Under the pieces are notes generated by a model. It worked only from the letters and a program-made list of their open reading frames with translations, searched no databases and was not told the DNA's origin. Both the position numbers and the translations under genes were made by a program. Positions 20,718 to 29,779 of a stretch of DNA of 64,000 nt are shown piece after piece. The stretch is from the NCBI GenBank assembly GCA_035480855.1, contig DATIHJ010000008.1, positions 17,308 to 81,307 of the forward strand. The letters are read 5' to 3'. The stretch's first letter is position 1, and the number at the start of each line of letters is the position of its first letter. The stretch comes from Patescibacteria group bacterium (GTDB lineage Bacteria; Patescibacteriota; Saccharimonadia; Saccharimonadales; JANWIN01).

Positions 20718-21780
20718 ACGAGACTACTATGATGTTCTAGGGATTGGTAAGTCCGCTTCGCCGGATGAGATTAAAAAGGCTTTTCGAAAAGCTGCAATTG
20801 AACACCATCCAGATAAAGAGGGTGGGAACGAAGAAAAGTTCAAAGAGGTCAACGAAGCTTATGAAGTACTTAGCAATCCAGACAAACGCAAACGCTATGA
20901 CCAATTTGGCCACGCTGGTGTGGGCAGCAGTGCGTCTAGTGATGGCGGTAATCCGTTTGCTGGCTTTGGCGGGCAAGGCCAAAACATTAATTTTGACTTT
21001 GGTGATCTGGGTCTGGGCGATATATTTGGAAGCTTTTTTGGTGGCGGTCAGCAACGCAGCAGCCGCCAGACTCGTGGTCGCGATGTAGAAACAGCGATTG
21101 ACCTAAGCTTCGAACAAGCAGTATTTGGCACAGAAGCTGACTTGCACCTCAAACTAGAAGATACTTGTGAACATTGTAAAGGGAGTACTGTGGAGCCTGG
21201 GCACGAGATGATAACTTGCGATACTTGCAATGGTTCAGGCCAAACAGTGCGCGTGACACGAACAGTGTTTGGTAACATACAACAAGCTAGTGTTTGCCCT
21301 ACTTGTAAAGGTACTGGCAAAGTACCAGAAAAAGTTTGCACTGTTTGCCATGGCAAGGGCACTCAGGCCAAAAATCAAGACATTACGCTCAAAGTACCAG
21401 CTGGTGTAGACGATGGTGCCACTATTCGTTTGCGCGAGCACGGTGAGGCTATAGCAAATGGCCCCAAGGGCGATTTGTTTGTAAACATCCGGGTAAAGCC
21501 GCACAAACAATTCACTCGAGAGGGCGACCTTATTCTTAGCGAGGAACATGTAGATATGGTAGATGCGGCACTAGGTACAGAAATTGATGTAGATACTGTG
21601 GACGGTGCCGTTCGTATGAAAGTGCCCGCTGGCACCCAGAGCGGCAGCGACTTTAAGCTATCTGGCCACGGTGTACCGCACCTAAGCGGCCACAGCCGGG
21701 GTGCCCACATAGTTACAATTGTAGTAGACACCCCAACCAAACTCTCCCGTAAGCAACAAGAACTACTGCGAGAGCTTTAA
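20710..21780 (+). CDS. dnaJ: Chaperone DnaJ
   Basis: HPD J-domain, four CxxCxGxG-type repeats. Confidence 0.98.
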   Translation: MAKRDYYDVLGIGKSASPDEIKKAFRKAAIEHHPDKEGGNEEKFKEVNEAYEVLSNPDKRKRYDQFGHAGVGSSASSDGGNPFAGFGGQGQNINFDFGDLGLGDIFGSFFGGGQQRSSRQTRGRDVETAIDLSFEQAVFGTEADLHLKLEDTCEHCKGSTVEPGHEMITCDTCNGSGQTVRVTRTVFGNIQQASVCPTCKGTGKVPEKVCTVCHGKGTQAKNQDITLKVPAGVDDGATIRLREHGEAIANGPKGDLFVNIRVKPHKQFTREGDLILSEEHVDMVDAALGTEIDVDTVDGAVRMKVPAGTQSGSDFKLSGHGVPHLSGHSRGAHIVTIVVDTPTKLSRKQQELLREL

Positions 21781-22592
21781 GCTGCTTCGGCTAGCTTTAT
21801 GCCCTCAATAAGATATGATTGAATTCTTTGTCCTTGGCTTTCAAGGAAAGCAATCACTTTTTTAATTTGCACAATATCCTCAGCACTCATTTTGCTCACA
21901 GCATTCCTTGTACTCTCTGTCTTACTAGCATATTTGGCTTCAAACATCTTAAGGTCAGCCCGGGCGAATACACTTTCGGCACTTTCTCCTGGTTCACGTT
22001 GGGCGCTGCCGCTCGATATTTTTACGTTTAATTTTTCAAACTTAGTTCCTGATAACAGTTGACTAAGAGCAGTGTTAACTTTTGCCATCTGGATTTTTGC
22101 TTCGGTATCTGAATCCGAAGTTCGAACTTGCCTCTTTTCGCTAGCTTTATTAATAGAAAAGACTGCAAATTCATCACCACCCAGTCTGGCTATACTGTCA
22201 CTAGATGTTTTTTCACGAGAACCATGACCAGCTATATCCGTTTCTCTTTGAAAACTACTTTTAAATGCCTCCCCAACTATATTTAGTAATTCGTCTCCAT
22301 CTTTATGACCCAATAAGTCGTTTACTGCTTTGAAACCATCTAGATCGGTCACATATACTCTTAGACTATCTTCTGGCTCCAAGCTTTCAATAGTTGATGT
22401 TAACTGATCGCGCCAAGAACTTTCATTTAGGAGATTTGTCTTGGGGTCAATATTAATTCGGTCTGATAATCTACTAGCAGCCTCAACAGCTATAGGTAAA
22501 ATATCATCATGATGCACTGGCAAAGCTGGATTTGAGATGGATTCGGCTAGGTTAAATTGCGGCGCGAGGCCACCTTTGGTTGTTTCTGACAT
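21777..22592 (-). CDS. GGDEF-domain protein (putative diguanylate cyclase)
   Basis: DLDGFKAVNDLLGHKDGD, ARLGGDEFAV, ADLKMFEAK. Confidence 0.9.
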   Translation of the reverse strand: MSETTKGGLAPQFNLAESISNPALPVHHDDILPIAVEAASRLSDRINIDPKTNLLNESSWRDQLTSTIESLEPEDSLRVYVTDLDGFKAVNDLLGHKDGDELLNIVGEAFKSSFQRETDIAGHGSREKTSSDSIARLGGDEFAVFSINKASEKRQVRTSDSDTEAKIQMAKVNTALSQLLSGTKFEKLNVKISSGSAQREPGESAESVFARADLKMFEAKYASKTESTRNAVSKMSAEDIVQIKKVIAFLESQGQRIQSYLIEGIKLAEAA

Positions 22593-22637
22593 TTTGTATT
22601 TTTTGTTTTGACGTTTATGTCTATAATCAATAATAAC

Positions 22638-22751
22638 ATGAAAAAGCTTAAGCATGAACAGCAGGGGTTCATACCCATGTTAATTGCCGTATTTATTATT
22701 GTTGTGGCCATAATAGTTTTTGCCTATCTTAGAGTGCGTTCCCAGAAGTAG
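22638..22751 (+). CDS. 37-aa pilin-like micro-protein (not in ORF track)
   Basis: MKKLKHEQQG/FIPMLIAVFIIVVAIIVFAYLRVRSQK; TATAAT at 22622-22627. Confidence 0.6.
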   Translation: MKKLKHEQQGFIPMLIAVFIIVVAIIVFAYLRVRSQK

Positions 22752-22792
22752 CTCTTGAAATAAAACTATTATAGTGTTATAATATAGTTATT

Positions 22793-23824
22793 GTGAGTGA
22801 TTTATTACCTGAACCTGATTTTTTGGATCTTATTCAACCTGACAGGGATGAATACATTGCCGCTAACGGTTCTGATGCTGCAATTGAATATGACCAAATA
22901 TTAATTTATCTTAAAGACCTATTTGAGCAGCGCAAGCAAAGCATAGCCGATTTTTCTACCTACAACTTACCGCAGCTACCAGATGGTGAAGCTGACACAA
23001 TTTATGAACGCCTTCAAGAAGCTGAACGTCTATCTGCAAGCCCAAGACTACTAGTTGATGATTATAAAAAAGGTACAGCTAAATCATATAATGACTTATG
23101 GATAAAAAGTACGGCATCTCCAGTTGTTCTTACGGCTGAACATGCAACTAGCCAAAAGAGGGTCAACCACATAAGTCAAAAACGTGAACTAAAAGATGCA
23201 GATTTTGGAACAGGCGGCCTTGTGAGACTACTTCACGAAGACACAAATAATTCCGCAATCATAAGTACTGGTCGACAGACCAAAGACCCAAATAATGATA
23301 TGGAACATCCACTTAAGAAAGTTTTGGGAGAAATAATTAAAAACAGGCAACAGAGCCGAGCGCACATAAGCATACATGGCTCAAAACGAACTCGTTTTGC
23401 CCGTCTAACGGACTCAAAAAACTTCGGTGTGATGCTTGGGATTGGTGACGAACCGACAGATGATACTCTGGAAGCTAGTGAAAGAATTGTAGATATTGGT
23501 AAAAACTACGATTTGAGGGTAGTTATTAACCAAGATTTTGTTGCTATGGAGGCTAAGCCGGTAATGCCAAAGAGAAAACCTTACGGAAGTCTGAAGACGA
23601 TTTCATATTCGGCCCGGTACCCAGGTACCACACGTGCATTTGCACAGCGCACAGCTGCCGGGCTTGAAACTCTACGGCCATTTGTAGCCATCCAGTTTGA
23701 GCTAAGCGATGTACTACGTGTTATGCCAACTGACTATGAAATATACCCCGGCGACCAGTCGCAACGCATGGGTACATATATTGGCTATCTTTTTATAAAA
23801 GAAGCTCTGAACACACTGGCCTAA
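22793..23824 (+). CDS. Hypothetical, possibly N-formylglutamate amidohydrolase-like
   Basis: VVLTAEHA..ADFGTGG..DPN..ISIHG pattern. Confidence 0.45.
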   Translation: MSDLLPEPDFLDLIQPDRDEYIAANGSDAAIEYDQILIYLKDLFEQRKQSIADFSTYNLPQLPDGEADTIYERLQEAERLSASPRLLVDDYKKGTAKSYNDLWIKSTASPVVLTAEHATSQKRVNHISQKRELKDADFGTGGLVRLLHEDTNNSAIISTGRQTKDPNNDMEHPLKKVLGEIIKNRQQSRAHISIHGSKRTRFARLTDSKNFGVMLGIGDEPTDDTLEASERIVDIGKNYDLRVVINQDFVAMEAKPVMPKRKPYGSLKTISYSARYPGTTRAFAQRTAAGLETLRPFVAIQFELSDVLRVMPTDYEIYPGDQSQRMGTYIGYLFIKEALNTLA

Positions 23825-23974
23825 ACAAGCTTGGTTTTATCCGTTAGCCGTGCCATAATCCAGCCATACCTTGCAAAATCTACAAAACGCTCAAGGTATT
23901 GTAAAAAAGCGTAGAATATGTTAGTATTAGGTGCTTTAACACTTTGGTTGAGCATTTTATAGAGAAAACTTATT

Positions 23975-25354
23975 ATGACGATTCAGAATTTACCCCTTGA
24001 ATACAACAAAAGCACGCCAATTGGTGTCGTAGGCACTGATCCGTACAATTTTTTGCTATACCAAAAATTCTTTGATGATTTTCAGATTATTACAGAGGTC
24101 AAACAAGATTGGCTACACGACCTTCCCATAGACGATAAGGTGAAGCTGACATGGCTAGGCCGGTCTAAACAATACGGAGAATCCCCAACACGTATGTTAC
24201 GCTCCAAAAAATTTGTAGAGATGGTCAAGGCTGATCCTAAGCGTAAATATGTACTGTATTCACCACTAGATCCTCCATACAAGGTCAATCCGCTAACCTA
24301 CCTCATGAACTCTCCAACTATTGCCCATGCATATGAGAATAAGCGTTATTTCCGTGATGAGTTTGCTGATCTTATACGAGTACCAGAGTATGAAATTAGA
24401 TACATGGGCGATCTAGATCGTGCCGCCGCATACCGTGACTTGCGTGAAAGGTTTGGCGGATCATTTGTGCTCCAAGACGAGGAATCGTCTGGCTCAAAGG
24501 GCACTTATGTCATCCACGACCAAGACGAATATGTTGATGCCGTAAAGAATCTCAAAAAATATTCAGAGGGCCGCACCATTGTAGTATCCCAGTTTCTAAA
24601 GGGAGAAAACTCAAGCATCCAAGTTTGTATTACAAAGCATGGTATTTTTAGCGGTGGTATTCAACGCCAATTGCTAGATAGTAAGTATCTTTGTAATCCT
24701 AAACTAGCTGGCGCAAGCAAATGGTGTGGTGGTGAAGTTGGTACCACTTATCCAGATATTGTCAGGCACCAAGCCCAAGAAATTGCTACCATTGTGGGTT
24801 CTGAACTAGCTAGCCATGGCTACAAAGGTATATTTGGAATCGACTTGATAGTAACACCAACCAATGAAGTCTATGCTATAGAAATAAATGCCCGCTTAAC
24901 TGGTTACTCTCACATAATTAGTGAGTTAGAGCTACTAGAAGGCAAAATACCCATGATGCTCTTACATGCGCTTGAGCTTGGTAACTTTAAATACGAAATT
25001 ACTGACCTCGAGGCACTGCCAAGTAGCGGTGTATACAAAAAGCCCGTGTCACTGTTAATTATGAATAATCCTCTGGCAGAAGACATTACTCTAAAGAACT
25101 ATATTCGTCCTGGTCTGTATAAGTACAAAGACGGTAAAATAAGCTTTGTAAAAGAAGCTTACTCTATAGATACGCTCAAGGGTGATGACACATTTCTAAT
25201 TTTTTCTCGCCATAACACAGGGGACACTATTGAGTCTGGTAAGAGAATACTTAAAATAGCTAAATTTGGTAAAACAATGTCTAAGGGTGAACTCAACACT
25301 AAGACGCAAGATCTGACCAAAGCAATCAAGAAACACTTTAAGTTACCCCAGTAA
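23975..25354 (+). CDS. ATP-grasp domain protein
   Basis: SSGSKGT, GIFGIDLI, IEINARLTG. Confidence 0.75.
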   Translation: MTIQNLPLEYNKSTPIGVVGTDPYNFLLYQKFFDDFQIITEVKQDWLHDLPIDDKVKLTWLGRSKQYGESPTRMLRSKKFVEMVKADPKRKYVLYSPLDPPYKVNPLTYLMNSPTIAHAYENKRYFRDEFADLIRVPEYEIRYMGDLDRAAAYRDLRERFGGSFVLQDEESSGSKGTYVIHDQDEYVDAVKNLKKYSEGRTIVVSQFLKGENSSIQVCITKHGIFSGGIQRQLLDSKYLCNPKLAGASKWCGGEVGTTYPDIVRHQAQEIATIVGSELASHGYKGIFGIDLIVTPTNEVYAIEINARLTGYSHIISELELLEGKIPMMLLHALELGNFKYEITDLEALPSSGVYKKPVSLLIMNNPLAEDITLKNYIRPGLYKYKDGKISFVKEAYSIDTLKGDDTFLIFSRHNTGDTIESGKRILKIAKFGKTMSKGELNTKTQDLTKAIKKHFKLPQ

Positions 25355-25394
25355 ATTTCAGACTTCATCAAAGCTAACATGCTATCATAAGCGC

Positions 25395-25883
25395 ATGATG
25401 CCGCTTATTGTTATAGGCCTGATAGTTGGTTTGCCAATTTTACTGACGTTACTCATGAGGACTAATGCCGCGATAGTGGTGCTAGCGCTATGCGCGGGTG
25501 CGGTGCTGCAGAAATTTGCTGGAGCAGATACTACCACGCTTTTTAACTCGTTTTCGTCTAATAGCAATGTAGTGACGGTAAGTGCCATCCAGCTTACTCT
25601 GCTGTTTTTGCCTGCCTTGCTGACAATTATATTTTGGCGCAAAAGTATGCGCGGAAGTAAGATGCTCATTAACCTAGTTCCAGCAGTAGGTGGTGGATTG
25701 CTTGCTGCTCTTTTAGCAGTGCCACTACTATCACCTGGCTTACGCCATAATGTGCAGATTAGCCAGGCATGGACCACTCTCCAACAGTTTCAAAGTGCCA
25801 TAGTGGCTGCAACACTTCTAGCAAGCTTCTTAATACTTTGGACAAGTCACCCAAAGCATCCTAAAGACAAAAAGCACAAATAG
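25395..25883 (+). CDS. Hypothetical multi-pass membrane protein
   Basis: 162 aa, ~5 hydrophobic segments; TATCAT 6 nt upstream. Confidence 0.7.
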   Translation: MMPLIVIGLIVGLPILLTLLMRTNAAIVVLALCAGAVLQKFAGADTTTLFNSFSSNSNVVTVSAIQLTLLFLPALLTIIFWRKSMRGSKMLINLVPAVGGGLLAALLAVPLLSPGLRHNVQISQAWTTLQQFQSAIVAATLLASFLILWTSHPKHPKDKKHK

Positions 25884-25935
25884 TTAATGAGCTAACTGAA
25901 TCTGGGTTTTGTGTAAACTAAGTTAGACACACAAT

Positions 25936-26739
25936 CTAGACACAAGAATAGTCGTAATCTAGATTTTTTGAGACAAACTGGGTTAGCGTTACGGTACTAC
26001 CTGGTGTAAGTGGTGTTACAGAACAATTTGTTTGGGCAGAAGATTGAGATCTTGCTCCGGGAATCCAGTTTTTAAGGTTTAGTAAATTACTTTCAGTGCT
26101 AGGAACTCCGGCTATTTGACCCCATTGAGTGCTTGTAGAGTAAATGCCTACATTTGCACCGATAGAATGAAAGTAAGCAGTCATACCTTCAAGATCCGCT
26201 GTGTTTGTAGATTTATTAGTCTCCCAACTATTGCCGGTTTCAACATCTAACCACCATAAATAGCTTGAAGGATTACTTACACCCCGGATATTAGCGTCGT
26301 CATATGCTTTTGCATAACCGTATATGTAGGCACAGGCTGTAGTATCGCTGCCGTCGCAGGTTCCGTAAGCATTACTAACAGTGGTACCACCATAAGAATT
26401 TGAAGAAGGCCACCAAGAGCCAGTAAGCCCTGGATTGGCTGTATTAACGTATAGGGCAACATTATCCTGTCCAGTTCCACCAGTAGATTTCTGAGCCCAG
26501 GAAAGCTCTGTAGCAAAACAAGGATTAGTGGTGTTGGCAAGACCATTATTCACCCCAACAATTCCAAAAGCCTGTCCCTTTGGTAGACTTTTACTGCACT
26601 GCGGCCATGATATATCGTTGCCTAGTAATACGGGAGGTGTTGTTGGTGTGGGCTTGGCTGCAAATGCAACACCACCCGAGAATAGTAAGACGATAAAAGC
26701 GACAGCAAGTGCTGATATTTTGATGAGAAATTTATTCAT
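25936..26739 (-). CDS. Secreted glycoside hydrolase-like protein (GH25/DUF1906-like)
   Basis: Signal peptide, GNDISWPQC, WWLDVE, VGIYST. Confidence 0.6.
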   Translation of the reverse strand: MNKFLIKISALAVAFIVLLFSGGVAFAAKPTPTTPPVLLGNDISWPQCSKSLPKGQAFGIVGVNNGLANTTNPCFATELSWAQKSTGGTGQDNVALYVNTANPGLTGSWWPSSNSYGGTTVSNAYGTCDGSDTTACAYIYGYAKAYDDANIRGVSNPSSYLWWLDVETGNSWETNKSTNTADLEGMTAYFHSIGANVGIYSTSTQWGQIAGVPSTESNLLNLKNWIPGARSQSSAQTNCSVTPLTPGSTVTLTQFVSKNLDYDYSCV

Positions 26740-26773
26740 ACCTTTATTATAACAAAAGGGTTGTGCTATTAAC

Positions 26774-27193
26774 TTAGGTAGCTTTGTCGCCCTGAAACAT
26801 CCATCGTATTCCGTGTTTATCTGTTAGGGCTCCATAAGCACCAAACGGCATGTCTACAAGCTTATCAATAGTACTAGGGTCAGCTCCTTCTGAGAGTTTA
26901 TTGAAGTATTTCTTGAGTTCAGAATTAGTTGCTCTACTAATGTAAAGGCAAACAGTATTGCCTTGCTTTAGGATTCTTGTGGGATGGAGCCAATCAGAAG
27001 CAGTTATTTCAATCGGGCCACTTTGGAGTTGAGCATGTACAATCTTATTTTGCTTATCTGAAGGAAATTGTGCTGACATAGTAGATTCGCCCACCGTAGT
27101 GATGTCTAGTTCTCCGCCCAAACACTCCTTATAAAAGTTCAAAGCTTCTTTGCAGTTGCCGTCAAATAGCAAATAAGAACCAAATTTAGTCAT
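26774..27193 (-). CDS. VOC/PhnB-family glyoxalase-like protein (distal cassette)
   Basis: YLLFDGNCKEALNFY, IVHAQL, MPFGAYGALTDKHGIRW. Confidence 0.9.
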   Translation of the reverse strand: MTKFGSYLLFDGNCKEALNFYKECLGGELDITTVGESTMSAQFPSDKQNKIVHAQLQSGPIEITASDWLHPTRILKQGNTVCLYISRATNSELKKYFNKLSEGADPSTIDKLVDMPFGAYGALTDKHGIRWMFQGDKAT

Positions 27194-27218
27194 ATTGAAA
27201 GAATAACATAAGCCGTTC

Positions 27219-27251
27219 TGGAGGAGCTAAGTGAAAACTATTACAACTAAA
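27219..27251. repeat. Array repeat copy 1 (degenerate, 26/33)
   Basis: TGGAGGAGCTAAGTGAAAACTATTACAACTAAA. Confidence 0.8.
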
Positions 27252-27299
27252 TAGCAAGAGATTCCTAAGTTGTTTATCTCGACTTAAGTTTACAAACCA

Positions 27300-27761
27300 T
27301 TAATGTGACCAATGAGTTGTTACGAATACCCCAATTATTATCAAAACCACTAGTAAGCTAATTAATATTGCATTTCTTCGCTTAAATACTTTGACTCCAG
27401 AAGCTATAAAGGCGTCTTCCCAATCCGAAAACTTTCTGTCATCATTGGCGCTATCGACAGCCTTATAAGGCTGGAATGATAACCCTTCGGGCCGCTTTTG
27501 CAACGGTATAATATTGAGCTTAAGTTTTGAGTAGCGACCAGCGGCCATCACATAGAATTTTTTGATTTCGTTTGTTGGTATCTTTACAAGTGTTTCGCCA
27601 TTAAGATTTGTGAATGTAAAAATACTGTTTTCTAACTTCGCTATGCCTTCTGTTGGCTTTATAAGCTCTTTTATAGCTTGTCCAACGGACGTTGATGACT
27701 GACCTTTATACCATAGTGCGTGAGTTTGAATTGATTGACTAAGTTTACTTTGGTTTAGCAT
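27300..27761 (-). CDS. Hypothetical protein with C-terminal TM (cassette)
   Basis: 153-aa ORF; TGTTATACT 6 nt before ATG. Confidence 0.7.
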   Translation of the reverse strand: MLNQSKLSQSIQTHALWYKGQSSTSVGQAIKELIKPTEGIAKLENSIFTFTNLNGETLVKIPTNEIKKFYVMAAGRYSKLKLNIIPLQKRPEGLSFQPYKAVDSANDDRKFSDWEDAFIASGVKVFKRRNAILISLLVVLIIIGVFVTTHWSH

Positions 27762-27775
27762 GCGCTAAGTATAAC

Positions 27776-27799
27776 AAAAAGAGCCCCCTTAGGGCTCTT
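27776..27799 (-). terminator. Intrinsic terminator-like hairpin
   Basis: AAGAGCCC-CCTTA-GGGCTCTT with minus-strand T tract. Confidence 0.7.
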
Positions 27800-27828
27800 G
27801 GTTGCAATTGGTACAACTAGGGATAGAT

Positions 27829-27861
27829 TGGAGGGCCTTAGTGGAAAGTATTGCAACTAAA
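27829..27861. repeat. Array repeat copy 2
   Basis: TGGAGGGCCTTAGTGGAAAGTATTGCAACTAAA. Confidence 0.95.
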
Positions 27862-28354
27862 ATTCAGGCGACTCACCCGACAATAATGCAAATCCCTTTT
27901 GCATAGCCACAAATTCAACATTATCTAAGCCCTTGCCAGGAGTTGTTGCTTTGTCTAATTCGTTTTCAGCAAACCAACCAAACTCTGAATGGTCTTCTGG
28001 ATTTAACGCGATACTGCCTAATTCACTAATGAATCTTGCAAAATATACTACTTCAATTGAATGTGAGCCTTTTACTTCATTGGTGTAAGTAAACACATAA
28101 AATGGGTCGCCAACTTCAATCTCCATTCCAAATTCTTCGTCAATCTCACGCTTTAATCCATCAACTGGATTTTCTCCAAAATCTATATGTCCACCAGGAA
28201 GTTCATTGACACTAGGCAAAAACTTCTTTGTTTCTGCTCGTTTTGGCAAAAACACCTTTTCAACGCCATCAAAGTTGTGATGGATAAAAGCACAGGCAGT
28301 AATTACCTGCTGTCCTTGAGCTGGTGTTTCGCTATCGTGGGATACATTTGTCAT
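27857..28354 (-). CDS. NUDIX hydrolase (cassette)
   Basis: LPGGHIDFGE..LKREIDEEFG Nudix box; stop codon lies inside repeat copy 2. Confidence 0.9.
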   Translation of the reverse strand: MTNVSHDSETPAQGQQVITACAFIHHNFDGVEKVFLPKRAETKKFLPSVNELPGGHIDFGENPVDGLKREIDEEFGMEIEVGDPFYVFTYTNEVKGSHSIEVVYFARFISELGSIALNPEDHSEFGWFAENELDKATTPGKGLDNVEFVAMQKGFALLSGESPEF

Positions 28355-28373
28355 TGCTATATCATATCAAACT

Positions 28374-28395
28374 AAAAGAGCTATAGCGGCTCTTT
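28374..28395 (-). terminator. Intrinsic terminator-like hairpin
   Basis: AAAGAGC-TATAGCG-GCTCTTT. Confidence 0.65.
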
Positions 28396-28435
28396 GGTTC
28401 AGACTTTCCTACTAGGGTCATCTGTAAGGTCAAAA

Positions 28436-28468
28436 TGGAGGGCCTTAGTGGAAACTATTGTAACTAAA
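28436..28468. repeat. Array repeat copy 3
   Basis: TGGAGGGCCTTAGTGGAAACTATTGTAACTAAA. Confidence 0.95.
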
Positions 28469-28493
28469 ATTAATTCAACTAAACCAACAATTG

Positions 28494-28901
28494 CTAATGT
28501 CTATGGATAGACTTTTTGATAGTATTCGGCAGCTTCCAAACGAGTAATAAGGCAACAACAAATAATAAAACATCAACCACGAACGCTAAAGTATAAAAAG
28601 TGTGCACATACCTATCTTTCAGGTTCACACAATAAGGGTCCTCTGGATTTTTATAGCTATAAGGTACTGGCCAACCAGCTTTGGTGCTGAAATATTCTCC
28701 AAAGATTGATCCTACACCTGCACATAAATCATTGGTTGTATTTGGTCTACTAATTGATAAAAATGATAAAAATCTAGGCGGTGTGCTAGAGCCATAGTTA
28801 CTGTCTGTCAAAGCTACAGTTGAAGATACTTTTATGGTCACTGAAGCCAGCAGTAAAGAAATTAACAGCAGTAAAAGTAATCTTGATAATTTCTTACTCA
28901 T
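28494..28901 (-). CDS. Hypothetical membrane protein (cassette)
   Basis: N- and C-terminal hydrophobic segments, GWP motif; TGTTATACT 7 nt before ATG. Confidence 0.7.
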   Translation of the reverse strand: MSKKLSRLLLLLLISLLLASVTIKVSSTVALTDSNYGSSTPPRFLSFLSISRPNTTNDLCAGVGSIFGEYFSTKAGWPVPYSYKNPEDPYCVNLKDRYVHTFYTLAFVVDVLLFVVALLLVWKLPNTIKKSIHRH

Positions 28902-28930
28902 CAAACAAAGTATAACAAACTACTTATGTT

Positions 28931-28963
28931 TGGAGGGCCTTAGTGGAAAGTATTGTAACTAAA
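28931..28963. repeat. Array repeat copy 4
   Basis: TGGAGGGCCTTAGTGGAAAGTATTGTAACTAAA. Confidence 0.95.
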
Positions 28964-28990
28964 CTCACTACGACTAAGCCGTTTATGATG

Positions 28991-29644
28991 TCACTTTAAT
29001 TCAGCCAGAACTTGGCGCAGGTCTTTAATAATGTGATCAGCATTATAGGTATTTTCGTGTTCTCTGTGAGGGTGTTTGTAGTAATAGGTTGTTGCACCTA
29101 CTTCTTTCCCCAATTTTAAATCGTCCCCTGAATCGCCAATTACTATAATTTGGTCAAAACCTAAATGTGTTTTTAGATAAGCTTTTAGAGCTTCTGATTT
29201 AGTATTATGTTGTTGATGAGCATTTACGCCAACAATATGTGCATCATTGAAAAAACGTTTGATACCCACTGCACTTAAAAACCAAAGTAAATCATTCTGT
29301 CTTGTGTTAGATATTACTATTTGCTGATTGCCACTCTCAGTTATAGACTTTAAAACGTCTATTGCATGGTCATTAGGCTTAATATGTTTTGCCAGAATTT
29401 CTAAGTGCTCTTCGGCGTACTTAAAACAATCTGCTTGGAGCTTTAGGCATTCTTCCTTTGAAAGTTTCGGCATGAGTCGCTGAAAATACTCATACCACTT
29501 CAAACCATAAAAACGTTCATTATCTTCCTGCGTAAACCTCACATCATAGCCCGCATTGGATAATACGGCATTGGATATATCTATAACGGCTTTTTCGTTG
29601 TCTTTTTCTAAGACACCGTGAAAATCCCAAATAAACAGTTTCAT
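28991..29644 (-). CDS. HAD-family hydrolase (cassette)
   Basis: MKLFIWDFHGVL, VISN, IGDSGDD; start reassigned to the ATG after TGTTATGAT. Confidence 0.88.
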   Translation of the reverse strand: MKLFIWDFHGVLEKDNEKAVIDISNAVLSNAGYDVRFTQEDNERFYGLKWYEYFQRLMPKLSKEECLKLQADCFKYAEEHLEILAKHIKPNDHAIDVLKSITESGNQQIVISNTRQNDLLWFLSAVGIKRFFNDAHIVGVNAHQQHNTKSEALKAYLKTHLGFDQIIVIGDSGDDLKLGKEVGATTYYYKHPHREHENTYNADHIIKDLRQVLAELK

Positions 29645-29658
29645 GTACACATCATAAC

Positions 29659-29678
29659 AAAAGAGCCTTACGGCTCTT
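29659..29678 (-). terminator. Intrinsic terminator-like hairpin
   Basis: AAGAGCC-TTAC-GGCTCTT with minus-strand T tract. Confidence 0.7.
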
Positions 29679-29708
29679 GGTTGCAACTAGTACAACTTGG
29701 GATGGATG

Positions 29709-29741
29709 TGGAGGGCCTTAGTGGAAAGTATTGTAACTAAA
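29709..29741. repeat. Array repeat copy 5
   Basis: Identical to copy 4. Confidence 0.95.
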
Positions 29742-29779
29742 CTTATAAGCTCAACACATATCTCAAATTTATAATAAAC

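Noticed and set aside
27219-29741. 33-bp repeats as a CRISPR array
   Set aside because: Spacers are 460-750 bp and contain whole genes; no cas genes in window.
27800-29741. Canonical integron attC sites or chromosomal dif site
   Set aside because: No RYYYAAC...GTTRRRY arrangement, no intI, and no match to XerC/D 11-6-11 consensus; only the geometry is similar.
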